Numbered from the stretch's first letter, positions 45,490 to 56,602 are shown. The stretch is 64,000 bases of DNA from Patescibacteria group bacterium (GCA_044868145.1 JBIOWE010000006.1:151707-215706); one strand, 5' to 3'. Program-made: numbers and translations. Notes: generated by a model not told the origin, from the sequence alone.

Positions 45490-46737
45490 CTAGATTGCGT
45501 AGAATGCCTGAAGTTTTTTTATGACCGGTTCAAGCGTTTCGACTTTTGATTTCTGCTCGTTCCGGAAACGCATCTCTATATTTTCTCCGGTTTTTTCGCT
45601 TGTAATAAGGCGCACGGGCATGCCAAGAAGATCCGCGTCCTTAAGCTTTGCGCCGGCAGCGATCGGGCGATCGTCATAGAGTACAGTATATTCTTTACGA
45701 AGCGCGTCATAGATTTTGAGAGTCTTTTGCTTGCCCGATTCCTGGGGATGCAAATCGATCAAGTGTACCTGGAATGGCGTGACAGTCTTTGGCCAGAGAA
45801 TCCCCTGCTCGTCGTGATGGGTCTCCACGATCGTTCCCATGAGTCTGCCTAGGCCGATTCCGTAGGACGCCATGACGATGGGTTTCATTTCGCCGGACGC
45901 ATCAACATAGTTCGCGTCGAGCGCATCAGCGTATTTTGTGCCTAGTTTGAAAATATTGCCCACCTCGATACTGCTCGCTTCTTTCAGAGTTTGTCCGCAT
46001 TGAGGGCACGATGCTCCCGCTTTGTGTTCGGCAATTTCTTTGTTTTGGGCATAATCCTTAGTCGGACAGAAGACGATCGTATCTTCGCCGTTTGGGGCCA
46101 GTACTTGAAACTCGTGGGAACGCTCTTTCGAAAAAGAGCCTCCGGACGCTTCCGTAAGAATTGTTTCAAGGTCGCAGAGAGCAAAGATGGCGTGATAGGC
46201 TTTGATGACTCGCTGATAATACGTATCGAGATCCTGTTCGTTTGCGTGAAAGCTATACAGGTCTTTCATGGGAAATTCCCTGCCCCGCAGAAGTCCGGAC
46301 TTTGCTCGGGCTTCATCCCGGAATTTCGTTTGGATTTGGAACAGCGCAAGCGGCAGGTCTTTATACGATTGAATGTGCCTACGGATAATGTCAGTCAGCA
46401 CTTCTTCATGCGTTGCCGCCAGGCCGACTGGCCGTTTTGAGCGATCTGTGAACTGGTACATAATGCCAGCGAGTGACTGCCATCGACCGGTTTTATCCCA
46501 AAGCTCTTTTGGTTGCAGGGACGGCATAAAGAGCTGTTGTCCACCGATCGACGTCATTTCTTTGACCACAATTCTCTCGATGTTTTTGAGCACCGCGTAG
46601 CCGAGCGGCAAATACGAATATACGCCGGCCATCAATTTTTCGACGAAGCCGCCGCGCGTCAGGAGCACGGCGTTAGGGCTCTCTTCGTCTTTTGGTGTCG
46701 TTTTTTGGGTTCGCGGGAACAGTTGTGATTGCAACAT
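45490..46737 (-). CDS. proS: Prolyl-tRNA synthetase (short form without editing insertion)
   Basis: Class II motifs plus C-terminal anticodon-binding domain. Confidence 0.85.
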   Translation of the reverse strand: MLQSQLFPRTQKTTPKDEESPNAVLLTRGGFVEKLMAGVYSYLPLGYAVLKNIERIVVKEMTSIGGQQLFMPSLQPKELWDKTGRWQSLAGIMYQFTDRSKRPVGLAATHEEVLTDIIRRHIQSYKDLPLALFQIQTKFRDEARAKSGLLRGREFPMKDLYSFHANEQDLDTYYQRVIKAYHAIFALCDLETILTEASGGSFSKERSHEFQVLAPNGEDTIVFCPTKDYAQNKEIAEHKAGASCPQCGQTLKEASSIEVGNIFKLGTKYADALDANYVDASGEMKPIVMASYGIGLGRLMGTIVETHHDEQGILWPKTVTPFQVHLIDLHPQESGKQKTLKIYDALRKEYTVLYDDRPIAAGAKLKDADLLGMPVRLITSEKTGENIEMRFRNEQKSKVETLEPVIKKLQAFYAI

Positions 46738-46743
46738 AGCTGT

Positions 46744-47853
46744 TTAGAAGATCGTATGAAAAAAGTTTTTAATTTGTTCGCTAAAACGAGAAACATCGCG
46801 GAACGTCACAAGAATCACGAGGCCGATAAGTACAAAAAATCCGACGTTATGAACCGTTGCTTCGATTTTTCGGTTAATTGCTTTTCCGCGAATTTTTTCA
46901 ATGATAAGAAAAAGTACGCGGCCGCCGTCCAGCGCTGGGATTGGTAAAAAGTTAATAACGGCAAGATTCAATGATAAAAGGGCGGTAAACTGCAGAATGT
47001 AAATGAATCCGAGTTTCGCGACTTGTCCAGTAAGTACCGCGATGCCGATGGGCCCGGCAATGTCCGCGCCAACCGGCACACCAATAATCAAGTTTCGCAG
47101 CACCGTGTAGAATGCCTCAATAATCCGCCAAAGCAACATGCCGGTGGTTTTGAGACCTTCCCAAATTGCGAGGTGCGGCGCATAGCTGATCAGTCCCGAT
47201 TCAACGAGTCCAATGCCGACCACAGCATGATCCGACCCCTCAAGTATTGTGGGCGTGACAGTGACTATGCGTTCCTCGCCGCCCCGCTTCACGAGTAGCG
47301 TCATGGGTTGAGCGTTTTTCTCTTTGGTATAATTTTGGAAAACGGTAATCGTGGTAACGGGCTGGTCATCTACTCTCAGAATCGTGTCGCCAACCGCAAG
47401 GCCTGCTTGCGCTGCGGGCGACTGATCCTGCACTTCCACTATTTGGATTTTTAGATCACGCACGTTTGCTCCGGCAACGCCGTCCTGGTCAACCACCGAC
47501 GGCAAACCAATCATAAACCCAATAGAAATCAGCACAAATGCGAGGACAATATTCATACCCACGCCAGCAGAAAGAATAAGAAAGCGCTGCCACACCTTTT
47601 TTGAGGTAAAGCTGTCCTGGTCCGTTGGGTGGTCCCCTTGCTCGCCTTTAATTTTGACGAACCCGCCAAGCGGTATCCAGTTTATTGAGTAGGTTGTGTC
47701 GCCTCGCCGAACGCCGAACATGCGAGGTGGAAAACCAAAGCCAAATTCTTCTACCTTCACACCCATGCGCCGCGCCATAAGAAAATGGCCCAGCTCATGG
47801 ACAAAGATGAGGAGGCCGAGTACGACAACAAAGATGATGACGGTTAACCCCAT
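46744..47853 (-). CDS. rseP: RseP-type site-2 metalloprotease
   Basis: HELGHF zinc motif, PDZ domain, multiple transmembrane helices. Confidence 0.8.
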   Translation of the reverse strand: MGLTVIIFVVVLGLLIFVHELGHFLMARRMGVKVEEFGFGFPPRMFGVRRGDTTYSINWIPLGGFVKIKGEQGDHPTDQDSFTSKKVWQRFLILSAGVGMNIVLAFVLISIGFMIGLPSVVDQDGVAGANVRDLKIQIVEVQDQSPAAQAGLAVGDTILRVDDQPVTTITVFQNYTKEKNAQPMTLLVKRGGEERIVTVTPTILEGSDHAVVGIGLVESGLISYAPHLAIWEGLKTTGMLLWRIIEAFYTVLRNLIIGVPVGADIAGPIGIAVLTGQVAKLGFIYILQFTALLSLNLAVINFLPIPALDGGRVLFLIIEKIRGKAINRKIEATVHNVGFFVLIGLVILVTFRDVSRFSEQIKNFFHTIF

Positions 47854-47858
47854 GGTCT

Positions 47859-48410
47859 TTAGAACGCTATGATGTCTTTCTCTTTTTTCTCGACAATTTC
47901 ACGGATCTTTTCGTTATATTCGTCAACAATTCTTTGCATATCTTTCTGCGATCGGAACTGCTCATCCTCTGAAATCTTTCCTGTTTGCTCGTCGAGTTTG
48001 AGTTGTTTCCAAGCTTCCTCTCTGGCCGTGCGGATACTGACTCGGGCACTCTCCCCTTTTTCGTGCAGAACTTTTATTAGCTCCTTGCGACGTTCTTCCG
48101 TGAGCGGCGGAATGACAAGCCGCAGTAGATTTCCTTCGTTAATGGGGTGCAAACCGAGGCTCGATGCCGCGATTGATTTCTCGATTTCTTTACTTGCCTG
48201 TTTATCCCACGGCTGAATGACGATTGTTTTAGCGTCTTGCACTACAATACTCGCAAGTTGCCCCAGCGGAGTTTTGACACCGTAATAATCTATCAAAATG
48301 TTTTCTACAAGGCTGGCATGCGCGACACCTGTGCGGAGTCCGCCAAGTTCGTTTTTGAGGTGCTGTATTGTTTCGTCAAATTTCTTTTGTAGTTGTGGGA
48401 ATCGTTCCAT
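47859..48410 (-). CDS. frr: Ribosome recycling factor
   Basis: Internal M (MERFPQLQKKFDE) gives a 183-aa Frr. The track start extends 38 codons further upstream. Confidence 0.85.
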   Translation of the reverse strand: MERFPQLQKKFDETIQHLKNELGGLRTGVAHASLVENILIDYYGVKTPLGQLASIVVQDAKTIVIQPWDKQASKEIEKSIAASSLGLHPINEGNLLRLVIPPLTEERRKELIKVLHEKGESARVSIRTAREEAWKQLKLDEQTGKISEDEQFRSQKDMQRIVDEYNEKIREIVEKKEKDIIAF

Positions 48411-48415
48411 AGTGA

Positions 48416-49468
48416 TTATTTTTTCACGAACTGCGTGCCCGCATAGAGAATGGACGGATCGTCCGGATTCATGAGCAGAAAATTTATTTTTCGGTTCGTT
48501 TGCATGCTCCTGAGGGTTTTCCACGTTGTCCCACCATCGACAGATTTATAGAGTACATTATTAATCGTGAAAAAGATTTGTTTTGGGTTCTGTGGGTTTA
48601 CGATTGCCGCTTGGATGGGTAGAGTATGAAATGGCACGATCGTTTGAATCGGCTGCCAACTTTGCCCGCCGTCCGTGGTCCCGACAATACCGTAGTCTGT
48701 AGCCAGATAGATGTGTTCCGTTGCCGGGTGAAAATCGATGAAGTGTATCGACAGTGCTCCAGCGAATTGTCCAAGAGCCGCGGTGGTTGTTGCCCATGTT
48801 TCTCCTCCATTGGTTGATTTGTCAATACCTTTCTGCTGCGTGAGTAAATAGATTGTGCGGTTATTTTTTTCGGAAATGAGCAGTTTTTGCGCGCCGGATC
48901 CTTTCCACGGGAGCGCCTTCCACGTATTCCCGAAATCATGGCTCATAATAACGCTGGACGGCGTGGACGCGTACACGATGCTCGAGTCAAAAGTATCAAT
49001 GGCGAGCGAGGTTATTGGTTCATTTGGCCTTGCTTCGACGTACACAACATGCCAGGTCTGCATATTGTCTGAAGTTTTGAGAATCGTATTTCCCTTAGCC
49101 GCATACGCGAGTATCTTATTTTTTTGGTCAATTTCCAGGCTTGTATACGACCCGCTGTTGAGAGTGGTTTTTTCCCATACTTCAGTCTCATTTTCGGTTT
49201 TGTATACCCCATTTTGTTTGGAAACGAAATACAGCGTTGTCGGCGTTGACGGATCAAACAGTATCAGTGCCGTATCTTCGCGCGCGATCGTCACGGTCGT
49301 GTTCTTATTTTGGCCGATGAATACCCGTTGTTCCCATGTTTCACCACTGTCGGCGGAACGGAACACGCCACCATCCGGTGTGCCGCTCGTCGTGGTATTG
49401 ATGATGCATCCGGAGAGAATGAAGGCCATCGCTGGCATGGCGAGAAAAAAGAGAATAGGACGTTTCAT
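48416..49468 (-). CDS. Lipoprotein with BNR/Asp-box repeats (beta-propeller)
   Basis: Lipobox LSGC. Five SxDxGxTW-type motifs (SADSGETW, SHDFGNTW, STNGGETW, TTDGGQSW, SVDGGTTW). Confidence 0.6.
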   Translation of the reverse strand: MKRPILFFLAMPAMAFILSGCIINTTTSGTPDGGVFRSADSGETWEQRVFIGQNKNTTVTIAREDTALILFDPSTPTTLYFVSKQNGVYKTENETEVWEKTTLNSGSYTSLEIDQKNKILAYAAKGNTILKTSDNMQTWHVVYVEARPNEPITSLAIDTFDSSIVYASTPSSVIMSHDFGNTWKALPWKGSGAQKLLISEKNNRTIYLLTQQKGIDKSTNGGETWATTTAALGQFAGALSIHFIDFHPATEHIYLATDYGIVGTTDGGQSWQPIQTIVPFHTLPIQAAIVNPQNPKQIFFTINNVLYKSVDGGTTWKTLRSMQTNRKINFLLMNPDDPSILYAGTQFVKK

Positions 49469-50496
49469 ACTGCGAGAAGAAAATTTTCAAAAGCTAAGCG
49501 TGGGTTGATGAATTGTTCAAGCAATCGTTTTGTTCTTTCTGTATGTTCGATCAGCTCTCGGAGTTTTGTGACAGGGAATCGTTTTGCAGCATCTTCGAGG
49601 GGTTTTCTGAGAAACTGCGATACAACAAAGTGGCCGTTGCCTGATTTGATCAATATGAGATCTCGACAAATGGTACGAAAATGATCAAGGTACAATGCGT
49701 ATTGTTCTTTTTCGCTCATTTCCGTTTCGGAATCGTCGAACGGCGAGAAGCGATCGATCAGCGTTTTCTCGTTTATAGCGTTGAGTACTGTGCGTGCATC
49801 TCGCTCGTAGAGGTCTATTGCTGCTGGTGTTTCCATATATGTTTTTGCCAGCCCCGGCCGGCCTGCGGCGAGTCTCACTGCAGCTTTTCGGCGGCCTTCG
49901 TCCCCCTTATGGGTCGCGGCAAGCCACGTATCGATCTCACGCTCGGGTACTAAGTGAAATTGAAGAATTTGACATCGAGAAAGCACGGTCAAGGGGAAAC
50001 GCTCTATGGAGTCCGTGATGAATAAAAGCACCGATTGAGGCGGTGGATCCTCCAGCGTTTTTAAGAAAGCGTTGTGAGCTTCTTGCGTCATACGTTCTGC
50101 GCCATTGACGATGACAATTTTGTCTCTACGCAAGAACGAGCGCATCCCGAGGCTGTGTTGGACGCTCCGCGCCTGGTCGATGCCGACTTGTTTGTTGTCT
50201 TCGGGTTCAATGAGCTGTACGTCAGGATGGATGTTTCGTTCAAATTCTTTGCAGGCATTGCACGTGTCGCATGGAACGTGGCCACCGGTATTGGTTCTTT
50301 CGCAGAGCAATGTTTTTGCAAATAATCGAGCTATCGTCCGCTTCCCGGTTGATGGCGGGCCGACAAATATGGAGGTCCTAAGGATGCGATGACTGGCGAT
50401 TGTTTTTTGCAGGTATTTCACGATTGTGGCATGGCCGCACACCTGCCAACGAAACATCGTCCTCGCGTTTGCTTTGGCGGGAACCTTACTTTTCAT
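49465..50496 (-). CDS. holB: DNA polymerase III delta' subunit-like AAA+ clamp-loader protein
   Basis: GPPSTGKRT Walker A, zinc module (CDTCNACK), SRC motif. Start may be the internal M at 50457. Confidence 0.7.
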   Translation of the reverse strand: MKSKVPAKANARTMFRWQVCGHATIVKYLQKTIASHRILRTSIFVGPPSTGKRTIARLFAKTLLCERTNTGGHVPCDTCNACKEFERNIHPDVQLIEPEDNKQVGIDQARSVQHSLGMRSFLRRDKIVIVNGAERMTQEAHNAFLKTLEDPPPQSVLLFITDSIERFPLTVLSRCQILQFHLVPEREIDTWLAATHKGDEGRRKAAVRLAAGRPGLAKTYMETPAAIDLYERDARTVLNAINEKTLIDRFSPFDDSETEMSEKEQYALYLDHFRTICRDLILIKSGNGHFVVSQFLRKPLEDAAKRFPVTKLRELIEHTERTKRLLEQFINPRLAFENFLLAV

Positions 50497-50554
50497 AGCT
50501 TCATTATTCTAACAGGAATGCCCCTTTTTGGCAAGTGCATTCCACGACGAATTT

Positions 50555-51751
50555 TTACGCAAAAAGCTGGAGTGTTTGTTCGGCACACTTCCGCCAGCTG
50601 AACAACTGAATTCTTTGGAAGCCTTTTTCACGATATGCCGCGCGGAGCGCACTGTCTTCTGCCAATGTTTGCATTGCGTGGGCGATTGCGTCTGGCCGCT
50701 TGGGGTCTACGAGGATTGCGGCGTTCCCTGCCACCTCTGGCATGGATGCGACGTTTGACGTAATCACTGGCGTGCCGCAGGCCATGGCTTCGATAATAGG
50801 TATGCCAAACCCTTCATAGAGCGATGGCAGCAGAAAGCATGTCGCCGCGTTGAGAAGGTATGGGAGTTCTTCTTGCGCTACCCAACCGATCTCGTGTACG
50901 TCATGCGCAATGTCGTTTCGTCTCATTGTTTCCTCTACCTCCGAATAGTTGTACCCGGGATTGCCGACAAGAACGAGCTGGTGTTTGTCATGATCCTTGG
51001 CGATCCGTTTGAACGTTGCAAATGCCTCGATTATACCTTTTGTATTTTTCTTTTCCTCAAGTCTGCCAATCGTAAGAAAAAAGGGCCTATTTAAGCCATA
51101 TTTTTGCAGTACTGAAGTTATTTTTGCCGTATCGTCTATGACATGGTATACGTTTTTGTCGTATCCATTATGGATAACCGTCAAATCCGCATGAATGTCG
51201 GAATATGTTTTTTCAATCTCGTGTTTCGTAAATTCCGAAACTGCAATAACGGTCTGAGCATGTTTCAATGCAAAGCGAGCGGAGAATCGATGATAATCAA
51301 GTTCACTCGCACCATATTTACCCAACGAAGAAATTCGAATCAAAGCATCCAGAATGTATTTGAGAAAACCACGCGTTCCAATTTTTTTCTTTGAGTATAG
51401 TATGGGAAATTTTTCGAATCCGATATCGTGGAGCGTTGTTATTGTTCGTCGGGGACGGATGAATGGTATTGTATGAGCAGGCACGAATAAAACGTCCGGA
51501 GGGTGGATGAGCATTTCCCAGGACAGACGAAGCTGGGTCCAAAGCAACTTTGGCGGCCAGCGTAGTACCCTTGAGCGGAAGCCTTTCGGCAGTTGGGCGA
51601 GGTCGGAACGCAGTGGCGTTTTTGAATATAAAACAAACTCCACGTCGTTTGGAGCCATTGTTTTCAACTCATTGATCATGTGGAACGCATACCACTCGGT
51701 TCCGCTTCTCTCCCGTTCGTTGGCGCGTGATGCATCAATGCCAACAATCAT
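50555..51751 (-). CDS. GT4 glycosyltransferase
   Basis: EGFGIPIIEAMACGTPVI and E..G.. GT4 C-terminal signature. Confidence 0.8.
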   Translation of the reverse strand: MIVGIDASRANERERSGTEWYAFHMINELKTMAPNDVEFVLYSKTPLRSDLAQLPKGFRSRVLRWPPKLLWTQLRLSWEMLIHPPDVLFVPAHTIPFIRPRRTITTLHDIGFEKFPILYSKKKIGTRGFLKYILDALIRISSLGKYGASELDYHRFSARFALKHAQTVIAVSEFTKHEIEKTYSDIHADLTVIHNGYDKNVYHVIDDTAKITSVLQKYGLNRPFFLTIGRLEEKKNTKGIIEAFATFKRIAKDHDKHQLVLVGNPGYNYSEVEETMRRNDIAHDVHEIGWVAQEELPYLLNAATCFLLPSLYEGFGIPIIEAMACGTPVITSNVASMPEVAGNAAILVDPKRPDAIAHAMQTLAEDSALRAAYREKGFQRIQLFSWRKCAEQTLQLFA

Positions 51752-52759
51752 TTATTTTGCCGCTAAGATACTTTTTTTGTATGATTCAAGGTTATCGAGC
51801 GCCACGCCAGTCCCCTTGACGACACACAGCTGCGATTCATCCGCGACATAGGCAGGCACCCCCGTTGATTGGGTAAGGAGTAAGTCCATGTTGCGCAGTT
51901 GGGCAGTTCCACCGGAGAGCACCATCCCTTTGTCCATGACGTCGGCGGAAAGTTCCGGCGGCGTTTCTTGCAACACAGATTTTACCGCTTGAATAATTTG
52001 CGCGAGTTCGTCTTGAATCGCTTCCGTCACGTCGTCGCTTTCAACAGTGACGACCTTCGGCAATCCCTGAATGGAATCACGTCCTCGCACTTCCATCGTG
52101 AGCTTTTCTTCCATAGGCAGCGCAGAGCCGATTTGAATTTTGATCTCCTCTGCCGTTTGATCACCAATCACCAGCGTGTGTTTTTTTCGGACGTACTCTT
52201 GTATGGCAGCGTCCAGCTTATTGCCGCCGACGCGTACTGACGTGTTTGCGACAATGCCGCCAAGGGAAATAACGGCGACTTCCGTAGTTCCACCGCCGAT
52301 GTCCACGATCATATGGCCGGAAGCCGAACCAATGGGAATATTAGCGCCGATGGCGGCTGCGATAGGTTCTTTGATAATGTATGCGGCTTTGGCGCCAGCT
52401 TGCAGCGTTGCGTCAATCACTGCACGACGCTCGGTGGATGTGATGCCCGCCGGCACAGCAATCATTACTTCCGGTCGGAACAAGCGGACACCCCCGACTG
52501 CTTTGTTGATAAAATATCTGATCATGGCTTCCGTTGTTTTGTAGTCCGCAATCACGCCGTCTTTCAACGGGCGCGACGCGACAATGGTGTCGGGTGTTCG
52601 GCCTAACATCTCTTTTGCTTCATTGCCAACGGCCATGACCTTTTTATCGATCAGGGAAATTGCCACAACGGAAGGTTCATTGAGCACAATGCCCCTTCCG
52701 GGAATGTAGACAAGCGAGTAGGTTGTGCCGAGGTCAATGCCGATTTTTTTAGAAAACAT
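51752..52759 (-). CDS. Second MreB/Mbl-like actin homolog
   Basis: IGIDLGTTYSLVYI. 335 aa. Embedded in the glycosyltransferase operon. Confidence 0.8.
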   Translation of the reverse strand: MFSKKIGIDLGTTYSLVYIPGRGIVLNEPSVVAISLIDKKVMAVGNEAKEMLGRTPDTIVASRPLKDGVIADYKTTEAMIRYFINKAVGGVRLFRPEVMIAVPAGITSTERRAVIDATLQAGAKAAYIIKEPIAAAIGANIPIGSASGHMIVDIGGGTTEVAVISLGGIVANTSVRVGGNKLDAAIQEYVRKKHTLVIGDQTAEEIKIQIGSALPMEEKLTMEVRGRDSIQGLPKVVTVESDDVTEAIQDELAQIIQAVKSVLQETPPELSADVMDKGMVLSGGTAQLRNMDLLLTQSTGVPAYVADESQLCVVKGTGVALDNLESYKKSILAAK

Positions 52760-52762
52760 GGG

Positions 52763-54748
52763 TTAAAATTCAATAGTGAACTGTCGGTCGGTTTGCAAAT
52801 CAGTTTGGAAAACCACCTTATTTTGTCCCTTTTCCACCACTTTGTCAAATGGGGTGATCCACGACCAGGGCGTGTCGAATTCCAGCGTAATGTTCAGGCC
52901 GTGTCCAGGTGTGCCTGCCTGCTTTTGCACGAATAGTTTATATGGTTGTTCTGATGCCACGATTGATTCCGGAAGCGAGTAGCGCAGCACGAGATCTCGC
53001 TGCTCGTCGGGTTCTATGCAGACAAACGTTCCGAAGACGGTCCTGCCCTCCTCTTCCGATGTCTCCACCATACCTTCGTCACTTTTTTTGCAATCAACCA
53101 TGGCGCCTTCATGACTGATTAGCTTCGCGCCTTGAGGCACATACACCCGTGTATATGTCCTATATCGAGTTGTTTTCCAGGTAATCGTACCAGTATGATG
53201 GTAGGTGATCCGTACTTCCGCTTCACCCTTCCCTTGCCTCGTTATGAGTGTATAGCGAATGGATCGTTCTACCGCAGGGTCACTTTTCAAACTTGCGAGA
53301 TTTGCGTCAATGACCATAAGGTAATCCCCTGCTGTTTGTTTGATTTCTCCACCCCAGCCCGCCTGGACAACAAGATCTTCGAGGTCCGCATCGTTTGTGT
53401 AGAGTAAGATGTGCCGTTCGGATAAGTCGTTTTCAATGGCGCCGAAGAAGGCCGGCCAGTCTTTCTTGGGAAGATTGAGAATCCTTTCGATCAAGATCCC
53501 CGCAAGGTCACCAATAATTTCTTTCCGTTCCTTTTGCTCGATCCCCTGCCGTAAGAAACCCTGCTCTACTTGGTACTGTAACGTGTCAACAAAGTTATCC
53601 TTGGTAAAGAGAATGCCGTTGACCCGGATATCGCCGGTGATGGCTATGAGCGATTGAATGAGTGAAGGTGTTATGGCAATAACCCCGTCGATTTTTTTCT
53701 CCGGCCCGCGTTCAAGGCGGTAAAACTCAAGCGCCTTTTTTGCAGAGGTAGGGAAATCGGGCGACCAGTTTGCGTCGCGCAGAAACCATCTGTGTACATT
53801 GTTGTAACGCGTGAGCTGCGATGGGGGGTCGACAAATAAATAGTCTTCCGCTTGGCTATCGAGGTTATAGACATTATCCGTATTGAACGAAACAATCTCA
53901 CCATCTTTGAGTTTCACGATTCCGTATGTGCCAATGAATCCGCCGGTGGGCCTCATTTCCGTGTTGTTTTGGAGCAAAAATAAATAGGTTTTTTGATTCG
54001 GATAGCCAACCACGAGCGGGACGATTTGCGAGGCGGTTACGGCCTGATCAAAGGTTGTTTGCAAAGAAGGTATTTTTTCTTTGATTGGCCCAGTCGTCTC
54101 TTTGATTTTTCCCAACAGGCCTTTATCGGGAATGTCATTAATGTATTCGGCAGCTTTATCAACTCGCGCTTTTACTGCTAGTAAATCGGGTTTTGATTTG
54201 TAAATTTTTTCCAAAATAACGCGCTTGTCGCCTTGACTTAAACTTGAGAACGTAAACGTATCGTCGTGCTTAAACGGTTCAATAATGGATTCTGCGAGCG
54301 TGACCACGTCTTGCATGCCCTTGCCCGCCTCAACACCAGCCAGCAAGAGCTTTTCTACCGCGCTTATCTGGGTATTAACCAAAGGCACAAAGCGCAGGAT
54401 TGTCATTTTTCGCAATGCATCACGCGAGTGCTCAAAGGCGTTGGTCGCGTTCGTGAGCGAGGTCGATGCGCGCTCAAATTCCTGCTGCGTAATTTCGTCT
54501 TGCGCTTCGAGGAATGCGTCCCTGCCTTTCAGCGCTTGCCTGTAAGCTTCCAGGCCGTAAGGTTTGTAAATGAAAAAAATCGTTGTGCATGCCGCAAGCA
54601 GAATGACAAGAATGAGCACGACAACAATCCACACGGTGCGGCGTTTTTTGCGGGATTGTTGGGAATCGATTTCTGAAAGCAGGTTTCGTTTTTTTTGTTT
54701 AGGCATGCTCGGTTTTTTGCGGACTGCGTGCACCGAAGTATTTGGCAA
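52763..54748 (-). CDS. DUF4012-like membrane-anchored protein
   Basis: N-terminal transmembrane helix, about 660 aa, MRPTGGFIGTYG motif. Overlaps the upstream GT2 3' end, so the start may be the internal M at 54706. Confidence 0.5.
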   Translation of the reverse strand: MPNTSVHAVRKKPSMPKQKKRNLLSEIDSQQSRKKRRTVWIVVVLILVILLAACTTIFFIYKPYGLEAYRQALKGRDAFLEAQDEITQQEFERASTSLTNATNAFEHSRDALRKMTILRFVPLVNTQISAVEKLLLAGVEAGKGMQDVVTLAESIIEPFKHDDTFTFSSLSQGDKRVILEKIYKSKPDLLAVKARVDKAAEYINDIPDKGLLGKIKETTGPIKEKIPSLQTTFDQAVTASQIVPLVVGYPNQKTYLFLLQNNTEMRPTGGFIGTYGIVKLKDGEIVSFNTDNVYNLDSQAEDYLFVDPPSQLTRYNNVHRWFLRDANWSPDFPTSAKKALEFYRLERGPEKKIDGVIAITPSLIQSLIAITGDIRVNGILFTKDNFVDTLQYQVEQGFLRQGIEQKERKEIIGDLAGILIERILNLPKKDWPAFFGAIENDLSERHILLYTNDADLEDLVVQAGWGGEIKQTAGDYLMVIDANLASLKSDPAVERSIRYTLITRQGKGEAEVRITYHHTGTITWKTTRYRTYTRVYVPQGAKLISHEGAMVDCKKSDEGMVETSEEEGRTVFGTFVCIEPDEQRDLVLRYSLPESIVASEQPYKLFVQKQAGTPGHGLNITLEFDTPWSWITPFDKVVEKGQNKVVFQTDLQTDRQFTIEF

Positions 54749-55514
54749 AATATTTAAGCCACGATGCCGTATGAATTCTCGTCGGGTAGCTGAATAATCC
54801 TTTCAGCCCAGGATTCGCGGCAGACTCACGTTTATGATAATGAACCAATTCAATATGCGCAATGTAATAGACATCAAAGCCGGCTTCCCAGAATCTTCTG
54901 CACCAATCAACGTCTTCAAAGTACAGGAAGAATCGTTCATCCATTGGACCGACTTTTTCAAACGCGCTGCGCCGAACAATCATACAGGCGCCAACGAACC
55001 AATCAACTGGTCGGTCTATCGCGTGGTCAAAGTCGAGCATCAGGTATTGTTGGAGCCGTCGCTTCGCAAAGGGCAGCTTTCCGATGGGCGTCCGTCGCAA
55101 CAATGGGATGAAAAATGTGGGGAAACGGTAACAGGACAGCTGCACGCTACCGTCCGGATTCAGGAGTTTTGGCCCAGCAATCCCGACTGACTGATGCTGT
55201 TCCATAAACGTGTGGAGTCTCGCAATAGCATTGTCAAGAATGGCAATATCCGTGTTCAAGAGCAAGAAATAATTGCCTTGGGCTTTACGTATGCCAAGGT
55301 TCATCCCACCGGCGAATCCCCTGTTTGTTTCCGATTTAATGAACGTCACATCGGGGAATTCCTGTTGCATCATGGTTTCTGTGCCATCGTTTGAATGGTT
55401 GTCTACGACAATAATTTCGAATTTGAATGGTAGATGAAACAACCCAATGCCCTTTAAACATTGTTTCAGGAGCCCGCGGGTTTTGTAGTTAAGAATGATA
55501 ATGGAAAGATCCAT
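54699..55514 (-). CDS. GT2 glycosyltransferase
   Basis: LSIIILNYKT...DNHSNDGT and DxD-region motifs. Confidence 0.8.
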   Translation of the reverse strand: MDLSIIILNYKTRGLLKQCLKGIGLFHLPFKFEIIVVDNHSNDGTETMMQQEFPDVTFIKSETNRGFAGGMNLGIRKAQGNYFLLLNTDIAILDNAIARLHTFMEQHQSVGIAGPKLLNPDGSVQLSCYRFPTFFIPLLRRTPIGKLPFAKRRLQQYLMLDFDHAIDRPVDWFVGACMIVRRSAFEKVGPMDERFFLYFEDVDWCRRFWEAGFDVYYIAHIELVHYHKRESAANPGLKGLFSYPTRIHTASWLKYFAKYFGARSPQKTEHA

Positions 55515-55627
55515 GCTCTATGCATTGACAAATGACGAATGTCGAATGATCCGCCCGACTCGCTGCAGACGCAGCTGCGTCGAAGCGGGCGGGCTAATGC
55601 CTAAACAATAGTTGAGCGCTTCAATGA

Positions 55628-56602
55628 TTAATCAATGAATGATCGTAGGTCGCCTTCTGATGTTTTTCGCATTTTCATAATCTGCGCACGTTTTTTCATC
55701 ATTTTTGGTAGCAAAAAGAGAAATTGTAGGAAACCGAGGAATGTCGTTTGTTCCAAGAGAAAGACGTACAGAAATTTTCTGAGCTCGTACCAAATGATGA
55801 ACGGTAGATCTCGAAGAAAGTTGCTTGGTAACTCATTTTTTGCGATCATGAGCAACTGATTGCGATAGGACAAACGATTGATGAGCTTCCGGTCCTTGCG
55901 GGGTTGTAACGAGCGGATACGCCTGCTATGAAACGCGATTGCCGAAGGAACATACAGCGCTTTCCAGCCGGCGAGCTGTAATCGCCATGCCAGATCAACG
56001 TCTTCTTTGTAAGCAAAGAAATCTTCGTCGAAATATTCTTGTCCGAACTTGATTTGCTCAAGCGCTGCGCGACGCAAGAGAACCGCCGAACCGGAAAAGC
56101 CGAAGACGAATTCTTCCGCGTCATATTGCTTTTTGTCTGCTTCCCCTTCCCCCCGGTTGATTACCTTGCGTGATCGAAAGATTTGCAGGCTAGCAACGTC
56201 TATTCTAACAGAATATTGGCCATTTTTCAATGACGTGTTCGGCCGAAGTAGTTTGCCGGATGCGCTTCCGAGTGTTGTATCCCCTTCTATTTTGCTTATG
56301 AGAATTTCCAGGAATCTGGGTGAAAGCGTCACGTCCGGATTCAAGCAAAGAACGTAGGGCGTAATTGACGCGTTTATTGCCTGATTATGTGCCTTACAGT
56401 AGCCAGTGTTTCTGTCGTTACGTATGACTCGGATGTGAGGGGCTTTCTGGATATGTTCGAGCGTTCCGTCTTGCGATGCGTTATCGACGATAACGATTTC
56501 AAATGCGCGAAATGTCTGCGCTTGAATCGATGCAAGGCAGAGAGGCAAATCGTTTTTACTATTCCATGTAACGAGTGAAATTGTTAGTTTTGGATTTGAC
56601 AT
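55628..56602 (-). CDS. GT2 glycosyltransferase
   Basis: ISLVTWN...VDNASQDGT motifs. Confidence 0.8.
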   Translation of the reverse strand: MSNPKLTISLVTWNSKNDLPLCLASIQAQTFRAFEIVIVDNASQDGTLEHIQKAPHIRVIRNDRNTGYCKAHNQAINASITPYVLCLNPDVTLSPRFLEILISKIEGDTTLGSASGKLLRPNTSLKNGQYSVRIDVASLQIFRSRKVINRGEGEADKKQYDAEEFVFGFSGSAVLLRRAALEQIKFGQEYFDEDFFAYKEDVDLAWRLQLAGWKALYVPSAIAFHSRRIRSLQPRKDRKLINRLSYRNQLLMIAKNELPSNFLRDLPFIIWYELRKFLYVFLLEQTTFLGFLQFLFLLPKMMKKRAQIMKMRKTSEGDLRSFID